From Paragordius varius (lineage: Eukaryota; Animalia; Nematomorpha), in NCBI GenBank assembly GCA_964247055.1, contig OZ176050.1:13640001-13704000 (forward strand): a DNA stretch of 64,000 nt, given 5' to 3'. A program made the translations under genes and the position numbers. Position 1 is the stretch's first letter, and every line of letters begins with the position of its first letter. Shown here piece after piece: positions 33,467 to 45,823 of the stretch. Under the pieces are notes generated by a model. That model did not search any database. It was not told the origin of the DNA and worked only from the letters and a program-made list of their open reading frames with translations.

Positions 33467-36400
33467 TTAGATTCGAGGAGCAGTATTGCTAATAACATTA
33501 GTTAATCGAGGTTTATCGACGTACAATGGCCCATTAGTGTAGATTATGTATAAGGATATCAAGCATAACAAAAACCAGATTGAATAATATATCAATTGAT
33601 CTTTGTACGTTTCTAAAATTTTTTGAAAAAAGAAGGATTAATAATCAAAAAATGATTAAAATAACATTGAGTTTTACCTGAAGGCATAAGGTATGTAAAG
33701 AGCATCATAGCAAAACTTATGATAAACACAATAGGCATCCCAATATATTTCCAATCTCGATTTTCGGATTTAAAGGGTGAAACATAGGGGAATTCGTCAG
33801 AATTTTGTATGTGATATTTGCCCAAAAACAAATATAACGAATCCTGTAATATAACAAAAAAAGATATCATAATAGACTTGTTAAAAAAGCAAAGTCTGTC
33901 CATATTTTAAAAAATTAATCACACATAACAAATGTTAATTTAAATTTGTTAAATATGTGGTTTCTATATCATTTCTTTATAATCACTCATCCTAATTATA
34001 TTTAAAATCTTAGTGGTATAAAATAATTGGTAATAATAAAGATTTTATTACATATTCTTTGCCGCTTTTTGAATTTAACCGTAAAATTAATTAATTGGCT
34101 AAATTTTATTCGCAAAAAACATTTTTGCTTACTTGAGAAAATCCATCAACAAAATTATTTTTATAATATCTGAGCGCTGAATTTAAGCCATCTTGTATGA
34201 GACCCATGCGAGTGCGTTTTCCAGTTCTGACAAATTATAAGGTTTGTAAATAAATATAAAATTTTTACATTACAAATAAATCAAAATCTAAGTTGTCTCT
34301 TTAATGAACAATTTAAGATGATTGTACTTAACATAAATACCTATTAATCTCTTATTATTTTAATCAATAAAATTGATGCTTAATATTCTATCAGTAACTT
34401 TTAAACAAAGAATAAGCAATTATAATGCTAAAAATAATTGAAATATGTGGAAAACAATAAGCTAAGAAAAACAAATTTTAACATAATTTGCGCTTATTGA
34501 AATTAAAATGATAAGGGAAAACCTTGTAAAATCCGTTTTAAGAGCCGAGGAACCGGCATAATACCAAGAACATACATTAGCATTTTCAGTCCATTCTACA
34601 AAGCAACAATACAATTTATGATCAGAATTTATAAATATATAAAAATATATTTAATTGGAAATGGCCAAAATATATTGGAAAAACCATCAAGCTAAAAATT
34701 TATAATCAATTTTATTTGCAAGACAACAACCGAAGAATGTAAAATTTTTTTTACCATTCTTAAAGACTGTAAAAAGTTCCGTATATTGTGACATTTCACA
34801 TTCAGGTTTATCAGGCATGATCCCAAGATCCTAAAGAGAAAATGTTTAAGATAATTCCAATTAAAAATTTGACTTTTAACTTAAATTTTCTTATTAATTG
34901 ATACAGGATAGAGAATTTTTATATCATTGCCAACCTTTGATTGTGGAAAAATACATAATTTAAAAATAATAAACATTATTATTACATAATTGATTTATTC
35001 ACAGTCATTTTAAAAATTATTTAATAAACCAATAGATAACAAAATAACAATATTAATTATTTATTTTTTGCTTATATAAAGGAGCTAGATAGATTTAAAA
35101 GGAAGAAATTAATAGTATTATAACCAAGTTTAAATTTATGAATTTAACACCTTATTAGCAAATAAGAAAAGTGCATTAGAGTTATAATAAGCTAATAACT
35201 TAGGTACTAATTAAAAAAAGTTGATTAAATGTGATAATCTTCAAATTAATTTTCAAACAAATTTATTTTTTACAAAAAATACTTTGATAAAAAAAATTAA
35301 TATTCCTAAATGGAAAACAAACAAATTATAAACTTTAAGTTGTCTATCCAATACACGACGGCCCAACAAAGATTGTACTACGTTAGTTCGATCAAGGCAA
35401 TCCACGCAATTTATTCGGAACACGCCAGTTTGTAATACAACTTTATTCATAGCTGGGATTCGTAAGAAATATCTGTAATATGTAAATAAAGATATATTAT
35501 AAAACCTTATATGAAAATGTATAAAAAATATGCAGATATATAAAGTTTTCAAGAGTTAATACTTATTTACCATTAATGTAAAATAAAACATTTTGTCCTC
35601 TATTTAGCTTTAACCGTGATCATATTTTATTACTCAAAACTAGTATATTTTGTAATCATGATGTATGTGTGCTTAAATTAAAAAAAAATTAATATTAACA
35701 AAGGGAAAAACTATGGTTTTTTATATTGTGCCATTTTTGATACATTCATTTAACAAATATTCTTTTTTACACACAACTAGTTAATTCTGTGACCACCAAT
35801 ATTAGTTATCTGTGAGTAAAAATTGAAATTATACGGAAAAAAGGTAAAAAATAAAGACAATTTTTTTAAAAAGACAACTATAATTTTTTATACCTCAATC
35901 CTTATAAATTATATAATTACATTCGAAATATATCATTGAATGTGATGCCAATATAAATATCTATTATTTTATACTTTGCAGTTCAAAACAATGAGTTAGA
36001 TTTAAAAAACAAAGATATAAAAGGTAAATTGTCTTTTAGAAAAATATTTTTATGTTTGCCCGTATAATTTCAATTTTTACTTATTAAATTATATTATATT
36101 ATTTTTTAATTATATACCCCAATTCATTTTGGGCTTGTCTATAGTATCCATAAGTTTATCCAATTTACGTAAAAATATAAAGACAAAATTCTTTTAAAAA
36201 CAACCATAGTTTATACCTTACATTGGTATATATATTAATTGTGATACCAATATCCATCTCTATGTTATACTTTGCAGTTTAAAACAATGAGTTTTATTTT
36301 AAAAAAAAGATTCAAAAAAATATGGTTAGGTTTTAAAAAAATCTTTATAATTTTACGTTTGCCGGTATAATTTCAAATTTTCCTTATTAAATTATATTAT

Positions 36401-39400
36401 AAATTTTCTATTAAATTTTAAGTGTATAATACCCCAATTCATTTTGGGCTTGTGCTATAGTATCCATAAGTTTATCCAATTTATCATACTGCATGCCCTG
36501 TAGCTCAGCGTGAAAATCAAATTGGTAATATCTAATAAAATTTAGATATTATACTATAAACCATTTACAATTTAAATTCCCCCTTAAAATAAATTATGTG
36601 TTTTCGGGCTTATATAACTCATTATTGATATATAATAGATCTTTAAGGCATATTTATTATTTTTGCAGTATTATTTTAAGTTTAAAACAAAATTTTTATT
36701 TTTTAAAAATATATAAAAATATAGGTATTTTTAATCTTAAAAAACATTTAATTTATTTGAGGGTGAAATTGAATTGTTCAAGGGTGAATTTGAATCGTTT
36801 AAGGGGGAATTTGAAAATGGTATATTATATTATATACCATTTACGATTAAAATTCCCCTAAAAATAATTGTGTTTTCGGAGAAATTCAGCTTATTATTAA
36901 TATGAAAGATATTTTTATGGCATAGTTTATTATTTTTTCAGTATTTTTAATTTTATTTATTAAAAATATAAAAAATAGATGTAATTATCAGATCTTAAAA
37001 AACACATAATTTATTTAGGGGGTAAATTTGAGGTGTAAATGGTATATTTTCAAAAAGAATAATAAGTAAATATTTGATATTACATAAAATCATTAACCAA
37101 TTAATATCCGGTTGAAATTATAAAAATTTTTTACACCTAATTTATTGAATATGGAATTCACAAAAAACGTAATCGTTTAAAACTATAGCAAAACATATAA
37201 TGTGCTACTTTTAAATAAGTCAAAAATATAAACTATATATAGATAGATAGATATTTAGAATTAAATTGTTTCCGATAATATAAATTTATATTGGGTTTAT
37301 AATTGCAAAACAATTATCAAAAATAAAAATTAAATTCTAAGCGTAAAAAAAGACAAAAATACCAACTTTATTAAATCAGAGGCGTTATCAAGTACAGATT
37401 TTTGAAAGGCTTTGGATAAATCACCTTCGGCCCCGCTGTTATCAAGCTTTATTGGTGAAATAAAAAAATAAAATTTTATATTGGCTAATAATTTAAAGGA
37501 AGAGTCTCATTTATATAAATTGATTATACTAGTATAAAATGAATGATTAATTACAGTAAAAAGAGTTAATATTCCACGTATAAGACGCACATGATTAATA
37601 GATAGTAAACCTAATGATTGATGTGAAAACCGCTTGAAGTTATTTATATTTTGTTAAAAAACCAAACGAAATAAAAGAAACCGTTCGAATCAATTCAATT
37701 ATGTTGACGAATTGCAAAGAATAAATAGCAAAATTAAACTATAATAAATTAATTTTGCTCAGTTAGGTGGAAAATACAAAAAACGAAAAAAATTTATTGT
37801 ATGAAATGCACTTATATCAATAGTTTTTATCACATTAAAAAGCCTATTATTGCATTTATTATAAGTTTTAAAATTTTGACTTGATATTTTTATTACCAAT
37901 CAAACCCAAATCCTAAATAATAATCGAACAAATTTTTAAAATATGTCGCAAAACAGATCTTTATTTATAAAATCAGCCATATTTATAACCCCTATTTTAT
38001 CTCAATAACTAATGCGTCTGAATACGCGGCTTTGTATATAAATTGTATTAGGAAAAAGAAAACAAAATCTAAATTTTTAGGTAGAAAGTTACCTCTTTAA
38101 CATAATTTACGTTTGGTAAATTATTTAACTGTACTTATCAAAAAATCTAGGACCTACCTCTCATAATAATTATAAATTTATTTTTACCAGGTTAAGTATG
38201 ACTTGTTTTCCGTAAGCATGGATTTGTCGATTAATGTGTTTCATAAAACCCGATACCTAAAAATAAGAGGATGCTTAAAATATATGTATATATATATATA
38301 TATATATATCTATAAACCAGAGTATAAATATTAGCAAAAAAATGAGCATATTTTTAGAACATTTTCCGATTCAAACTCTACGCCTTTTTAATCAATTACA
38401 TTTTTTCTCTCAAAGTCAAGATTTATTCTAAACTTTTTTCATTTTTACTATTTTAATATGTTTAATAAGAATCCCTAATATTCTTAAAGTTTTTTTTATA
38501 TGCTAATAAATACATATCATAAAGTTTGTGTTAAAAAAGCGTTGCTTTCAAAACTACATTCCTAAAGCGAATTTAAAAACAACAATACAAATTAATTAAC
38601 AAATTATATTAATTTTAATTACAAAAAAAATTAGGTGGGAAAATGCTGTGTTTGCCTTCTAAAGTGTTGAATGAGGGTTTGGTATAAGAAAAAGTGTTGA
38701 TTATTGAAAAATGAATAAAATTATTTTTAACAAAATCAATAGCATACTTGATCTGCAGTTGTGCTAATAACTGGACACGGTTTATAACGCAAATTCGGTG
38801 CCTGAGTCCAAAACAATGGTACTGAACCACGCGTCTAAAATTGTTTAATTATATTTATTCATTTAGGCATTACTAATCGGTGGAATTAAAATTAATTCTA
38901 GGAAACGCTTTATTTATCGCAGATTTAAAAGCATTTCCAATGTTAAAATTTAATTTAAAATATATTTTATCTAATTCTATTTTCTTAAATGATACAATTT
39001 TAAATTAAAGAAACGCTTTATTCTATAGAAATGTAATTATAATTAATCCAATCATAAATTTATTACCTTAATCTTTTTGTAAATGCGAATTAACTTTCTT
39101 TTGGTTATTCTACAAAATATAATAATTTCTTGTAACTGTCGGTCAAATGCACAACAATCCTAGTTATAACCCTTAATAAAATTTGATACATTTTTAGTAA
39201 ATAGGCTTCCAATACAAATAACCATGTCTTACTATGTTGCATTAACTTAAATTGGATAATAAGAGTGAGTTACGTGTAAAAGATAAGGTTGGCGTATGAT
39301 ATGACTATTAAATCCATTTTTTCATAAAGCGCAAAAAATTTGGATATCCATAATTTGTTAAATTATCCTCTTATAGAATCCTGGTAAAATCAACATTTCT

Positions 39401-42400
39401 TAAATAATATTTCAAATACAAGAAATTAAAAAATGTTATATTAAGTTTGCATTTTGTAGTATATTATATTTGACATCTAAAGGTTTATATATATATGAAT
39501 GCCCATAAATGTATTTGAAATGCGACCCGCCATTTTTTAAGTTAATAATACGGCCAGCAAAGTCATTTTATTTTCCACCCCTGATATAAATTATAAAATA
39601 AAAATTAGAAAATAATCAATTTTGTAAAATTATACACCTATTCAAAAAATCGGTTAAGAAATAAATTTAATTAGATTTGCAATCAAGGGTCTCCTAACTC
39701 TCTATATTAATTTACGATCTAATCGTGTATATGTTATTCATAAACACGATTAGCAGCATTTTTATCACTTAAACGGGCGACCTTATATATATATATGATA
39801 ATCATATTTAATCTTATATAGTTGGGCAATTTGCAAGCATTACAGTAGTGTATGGAAAAAATGAAAGGAAAAGATTGTTTATTCAACACTTTTTTGTTTT
39901 TTCCATACACTGTTTTGCGAATTGTCCTACTATAGTGTGAAAAAAGCAACCATTAAAATGCACATATACCATTTACAGTTCAAATTCACCCTCGAACAAT
40001 TCAAATTCACCCTAAAAAACATATATGTGTTTTCGAACTAATATAACTGATTATTAACATGAAATATATCTTTATGGCATACTTTATTATTATTTCAGCA
40101 TTATTTTAATTTTAAACAAAATTTCATCTTTTAAAAATACATTAAAATATAGGTAATTTTTAATTTAAAAAAAAACACATTATTTTTTTAAGGGTAAATT
40201 TAAATTGTTCAAGGGTGAATTTGAATTGTAAATGGTATAGTATATAAATGTTTAAACAAAACCTCAATGTAAGATCCACAATTTTCCATACTTCGATCAG
40301 GTGTTGTCGGGGCGTTTTTATTAATTTCCAAAGAAGCGTTATTAAGGTTAGTTGGCATAAGTATAAATTGTTCCGTTTCTATATAATTAGCTGGGTGACC
40401 TTCCTCATCAATACCACGTGTGTAATATCTACACAATTATTTAAGCAATATAGTTTTAGAAATAAAAACGTGAATGTAAAACAAAATGTTTGAAAAGATA
40501 ACCATATTTTTTTGGTTTTTCTGGATAAAAACATCGTTGGTGCTTATGAAATGAGGATTGGAGATGGGAATAAACTATACACTTAAATATGGAATTAGGA
40601 GTTTTAATTATATTAAATTTAATTTAAGTGGTAAAATAATTTATATCATTCCTTATTTCACCTATAAACATTACACATTGAGGTTAAAAAATATGGTTTT
40701 TTATTGAATAAAAATTCTTTTGCTATATTATTCCGATTATATAATTAAGATTGGGTTAAAATCAGAGGGTTATGTTATTTCTATAATATGTATTTGTTAA
40801 AAAAGTAATTCAAGATTTATATGATGCTCTTACTTGGTCAAAGGGTATTTACGCAAAAATTAAAAATACGCAAATTTAAATTTGCCTATAATCTAATCAT
40901 ATAACTCAAGTTTTAATTAAATTTAAATTATTGAGAGCCAAAATTTAATTTATGAACGTAAAAAATCGTGATTGCGTTATGAAAAATTTAAAATATGCAT
41001 ATAACATATAAATTTTATACCATTTGCACTTCAAGAAAGTGAACACTTCAAATTAGTCCTTAAAGTTTTAGGTTTGGATTAAACCATAAATTTGTATAAA
41101 TATATTTTTTTTATTTTTGATTTATTATATATTTATTGATATACAAAAAATTTTCATTTGAAAATCACTTTTTTGAACTAATTTTTCCAATTCAACAATA
41201 TTATTCAATTACAATTGTTTTCAGTTAAAAATTGTAATCAATAACCCAGAACACTTGTATAGTTAATATTGTTATAAAAGTGGTTAAATCAAGAGAATAG
41301 GTTAAAAATGATATAAAAAAGAATGATACACGGTTTGATTGATAAATGTTAAAACAAATTAAAAAAAGGTGAAGGATCAACTTGAAATGTTTAAGGACCA
41401 AGTTGAAATGTCAAAGGACCAAGTTGAAATGTTCAAGGAAACTCCTAAAGTGCAAATGGTATATTAAAAGTATATTTGAAAATTTAACCTTAAATTAAAA
41501 AAAACCATTAAAATTCTGCCGCATTTTATTCAAGAAGGTTTATTTATATTTTTCTTAAATATTTTACATTTTTTGTTTAATTCCCATATTATTACTTACA
41601 ATATAAGTAAGTCTCCCATTTATAATTATAAACTCTAAAGCAAAATATTGAAAAAAAAATGTTTTTAGGTTAAAACTAACCTTACACCCGGGTTATGAAT
41701 ACTTCGTCGTGAAATGATTCCCAGCGTTATTTCATGATTTTGTGGAACCGTTGGAGTATTCGTAAGTCTATTTTGTGTGGAATTTTGTTGAGAATTTTCA
41801 TTAGTGGTATTTATGTTAGTATTATTTGTGTTGGGGGTAGACGTCAATTTAAGTGGTACAAATATTTTAGTTAATGATATAAAACCACACATTATAGGAA
41901 CTTTGTATGGATCAAGCTATAAAAATGGATAAAATTAACTTTTATTGCAACTTTTTAGAAACTACAGTGTAAAAATAGTATAAATAAATTAGTTTGAAAA
42001 AAGATTAACTGTAAAGATATCAACTTACTTCAGGATTTCCCAAAAATTCTTGCATTAGGTATTGATTCCAAACAAACCGTTTTTCAGCCTATAAAAATAT
42101 ACCATTTATAGCTCGAATTTATCCTCAATTCCAATTCACCCTAAAATAAATTATGTGATGTTTTCGGACATTAAAAACTACCCATATTATATTTTTATAC
42201 ATGTTTGAAAAACAAAATTTCGCATAATAATAATATAATACTAAAAATAATAATACTATGCCATAATGAACAAATAATTCATATTAATATTAATGATGAT
42301 AAGTTACATTAGCCCGAAAACACACATAATTTATATTTAGGACAAATATGAATTTTTCAAGGGTAACGTTGAGCGTGTAAAGAATGGTATATGTATATCT

Positions 42401-44131
42401 TTATTTACAATTTAAATTCACTTTTTAACAATTCAAATTTAAATTCACCCGAACAATTTAAATTCAAATTCACCCTCGAACAATTCAAATTCACCATTAA
42501 ATAAATTATATGTTTTTTTAGAATAAAATTTACTTATATTTTTATATATTTTTTAAATTATATTGAAAAATAAACTATGCCATAAAGAGATATATTTCAT
42601 ATTAATAATGAACTATATTAGTTCGAAAACACATAAGTTATCTTTTGGGCAAAAATAAATTGTTCAAGGGTGAATTTGAAATGTAAATGGTATATATAAA
42701 AATTGATTTCATATATATTAAAAAACGGAAAAACCCGATCAAAAATGGATTGCTGGACAAAATTAGGCTGTTGCCCAATTTGATGCAGGCTTTGTAAATT
42801 GTGTGTTAAATCATACGAGGTGGCAAAATAAAAACGACCCAAGGTAAGAACATGATTAAGCATGGACACATAAATTTTGTTATCTTGAAGCTAAAAATTC
42901 ATATGAGGGTAAAAATTCATGAGAAGTTGTATATAAAAATATTATAGCTTCAAAATAAAATATTTAGTTCCTTAAGTTTAAGCCTCTCATCAAACCGATC
43001 AATAATTTGGGTTATGATTTGGATAGATATGTAAATTGCTAACATATTCAATTATTGACTTAAAATAGGAAAAAATATGAATTAAAATGATTTTTAGCAA
43101 AAAAATCTTTATTTTTTACATACATAATTCCAATTTTGAAGCTAGAAAACGTGAAAATAAAAGTGCAATCAGATATTACTTTCAAGCGGATTGCCATAAA
43201 GAAGTAGCTTCGAATCCATTGTTTTAAAATGGTTTTGATTTTATTATATATTATATTAATAAACAAAATATTTAAAAATTAATTTTATTGTTGATCTATT
43301 TCGCCGAAAAACTATAATATGCTTATACATGTCGAACACAGGTGACAACAGTATATAATAAGGTTAACATACAAGATAAAAACGGCTATTCGGTTAAAAT
43401 GGTTATGGTTTAATCCCTATTAAAATCATCAACTACGACTCAAAATTGGAAAACAAAAATTAAAATTTTAAAAGTAGAATTTTAAAATGAATTTTAAACG
43501 TAATACATTTAACCAAGGAATTATAATTAATAATATGATATATAAGCTGCATTTTTTTTAGTTGTCAAAAATCGGTTGATATTTGGTTAAAAAACAATAA
43601 CTGCACATTAGCATGGCTTTTACAAAATTTAAAAGCCAAATTTTTGAAGTTATCGAAAAAAAGGTTGAAATTTTCATAAATGTATCCCTCTTAATAATTC
43701 AATATTGGCCCTAATTTATAATAATACTTTTGGTTCCGAAAGATGAAAGTAACTTTTGCAATAGGGTATAATATTGAATGTTTCGGCTTGCCAAATCATG
43801 TGTCCAGAGATTTCACCAATGTATTTTCTTGAAGCAATCACAATCAAATAATTTCCTAATTGTTGTTAAAATTAAATATTAAACCAGCTAAAAGTTTGAT
43901 TGTCCCAATTATTCCATATATCTTTAAGGAGCGCTCAAAAGCAGTAGGGATCTGTTTTGGACCTTAAATTTAATTTTTATAAACCTTTAACCACATTTAT
44001 TTCGTTTGATACTCTATCAATAACCAATGTTTCATGGTTGTTTTCCAAGGGATCAATAATAAATTCTTTATTAGTTATATATCTAAATATTAGAAAAATA
44101 TTTACAAAATTAATTCCTGATATAGCGTCAT
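33467..44131 (-). CDS. SACM1L: Phosphatidylinositol-4-phosphate phosphatase SAC1, 18 exons, ~658 aa
   Basis: Exons (minus): 44131-44106, 44082-43985, 43962-43885, 43855-43728, 42890-42735, 42088-42029, 41916-41681, 40428-40263, 38834-38748, 38256-38188, 37446-37367, 36531-36433, 35472-35334, 34830-34755, 34595-34523, 34226-34133, 33843-33678, 33612-33467 (1977 nt). Motifs: [20 protein letters not shown]|[56 protein letters not shown], catalytic CX5[27 protein letters not shown]|TGKR, and two C-terminal TM helices. Confidence 0.95.
39969..40235. mobile_element. MITE family A, clean copy in SAC1 intron 8
   Basis: TATA CCATTTACAGTTCAAATTCACCCTCGAACAATTCAAATTCACCC ... GGGTGAATTTGAATTGTAAATGG TATA. 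Confidence 0.8.
41020..41459. mobile_element. MITE family F (TA|CCATTTGCAC...GTGCAAATGG|TA, 21-bp AAGGACCAAGTTGAAATGTTC repeats)
   Basis: Inverted termini and subterminal 21-mers. A related copy lacking clear termini lies at ~60270-60790. Confidence 0.7.
43856..43884 (-). other. 29-nt spliceosomal intron (SAC1 intron 3)
   Basis: GTTTAATATTTAATTTTAACAACAATTAG. Removal restores the conserved LLAG-NYLIVI; retention ends in an in-frame TAG. Confidence 0.9.
43963..43984 (-). other. 22-nt spliceosomal intron (SAC1 intron 2)
   Basis: GTTTATAAAAATTAAATTTAAG. Removal restores NVVKG-PKQIP; retention gives GGT TTA TAA. Confidence 0.8.
44083..44105 (-). other. 23-nt spliceosomal intron (SAC1 intron 1)
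   Basis: GTAAATATTTTTCTAATATTTAG. Removal restores ELIL-YITNKEF; retention gives TTG TAA. Confidence 0.85.
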
Positions 44132-44669
44132 AAGGGTTGTATTTAAAATTAATAACGCATATGGTGTATTTATAATTTTTTCATTTGAGAATAACGCAAA
44201 AATTTATTATTTTTATACCATAAATCTAATCTTATAGCTAATTTAAAGTTTATTATTTGGATCATATTATGCATAAATTTAAATATTTTAAATTATTGTT
44301 TATGTCGTCGTATTTGCTTAATTATTTTTTATTTTTTATTTTATTATATATTTGGATTATGTGATCAGGAGCTTAAATTTTTTAAAAAATATTGTTTTAG
44401 TAAAATTTGCCTAGATATATTTTTTATATGGCGAGGTGATTTAAGATATATTTTTAACTTTTGAGGATTTAAAAAATGGCTAAATTTGCGCTCATTTATT
44501 ATATAAATTTTTTATAAAATGCAAGCTTAGATGTGAGATCTATGAATCCCAAATTATTTTGCTCTTCTAATAAAGAATGCCGAGATTTGGCGATAAAAAT
44601 TTTAAATATATGCTAAATTTTGATATCAAATAATTTTTTTTTAAAAAATATACCACTACAAACATATAA

Positions 44670-45823
44670 CCTGATGAAATATATATATATATATATATAT
44701 TCTGATTGAAAAATGTATCAGGATTATAATGGTGCTTTCGGTGATGTCCATACGAGTGATTTAAATTTACGCTTTTGTAACTCCTCCATATCAGAAAATG
44801 AAATTTGCGCAGATTATGTTTAAATAAATTTAAAGAAAGCTAAAGGCCTCATTCCATAGAATATCATTAAAATATATTAAAAAGTGCATAAGCAAAACAA
44901 TATTTTCAAAAAAAGTTAATTTTTAAATGCGGGCCCCAAAAGTCTCAAATTTTGTTCTTCTAAAATCAGCTACTCTAAAAATAATGGGGGGATAGCGTGA
45001 TAAAAATTTTAAATATCCTGATTTTTATATCAACTAATTAAATATTTTTACTTTTTTCAAAAAATTTATTTTTAGCAATTTATTGAAGCGTACTTTATAA
45101 TTTGAGGCATGATGGAAACGGTATAAAAGCGTTAAATATTAAACACTTTTTCTAAATACTTCGATGATGATGAACGTTTCTACCGCTTCAGTTAATTAAA
45201 AGTTCGTATGATTAAAGATTTGGCGTAATGTAAAAATACTCATTACCATAAATTTGAAGTTAAACGAAGAAAGCTTTAATCGGGTAGAAAAGCTGTGATC
45301 GAACTGTTAGGAAGAAGTATTATTATAATAATTAAAGCTATATAAAACCGTTTCCATCTTGATTTAAAATACAATAAAGTTGGCTCAACAGAATTTTCTA
45401 AAAATTAAATTTTAAAATCATACATTTGTTAGATATTTTTAGTTGATGTCGAAAATTAGGAATATTAAAAATTTTTATCGCGAATATCCCCGCATTTTTG
45501 CGTTTATTCTAAGAGTAGCTTATTTTGAAAGAGCAAAAAAAATTAGACTTTTGGAGCCCACATCTCAAAATTAAAATTTTGGAAATATTGTTTTTATGCA
45601 TTTTTTGATATATTTTTTAGATATTTTTTGAAATTAAGTCTTTGCCTTTTACCAGCAAAAAATTTTATTTAAAAAGGCGCAATTTTTGCCATTATCTAAT
45701 ATAAACACTTACCACAAAAATATAAATATCTTGATCACTCGTAAAAGTAAAAATTAAATGCACCATGATAAATATAATTTTCTATCAGAAAAATATATAT
45801 ATATATATATATATTTCATCAGG
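44670..45823. mobile_element. Foldback-like element with ~400-bp inverted arms
   Basis: Termini CCTGATGAAAT(AT)n / (AT)nTTTCATCAGG; 44866-45040 is an inverted match to 45431-45620. Related fragments at ~44430-44650 and ~59690-60240. Confidence 0.7.

Noticed and set aside
39734-39949. Minus-strand ORF inside SAC1 as an extra exon
   Set aside because: SAC1 exons 8 and 9 join in phase without it (SYIE|TRGSVP) and it has no SAC1 similarity.
43856-44105. Stop-codon reassignment or sequencing insertions as an alternative to micro-introns
   Set aside because: Five of the six segments are not multiples of three, all have GT..AG ends, removal exactly restores conserved motifs, and TAA/TAG/TGA end genes normally elsewhere in the window.
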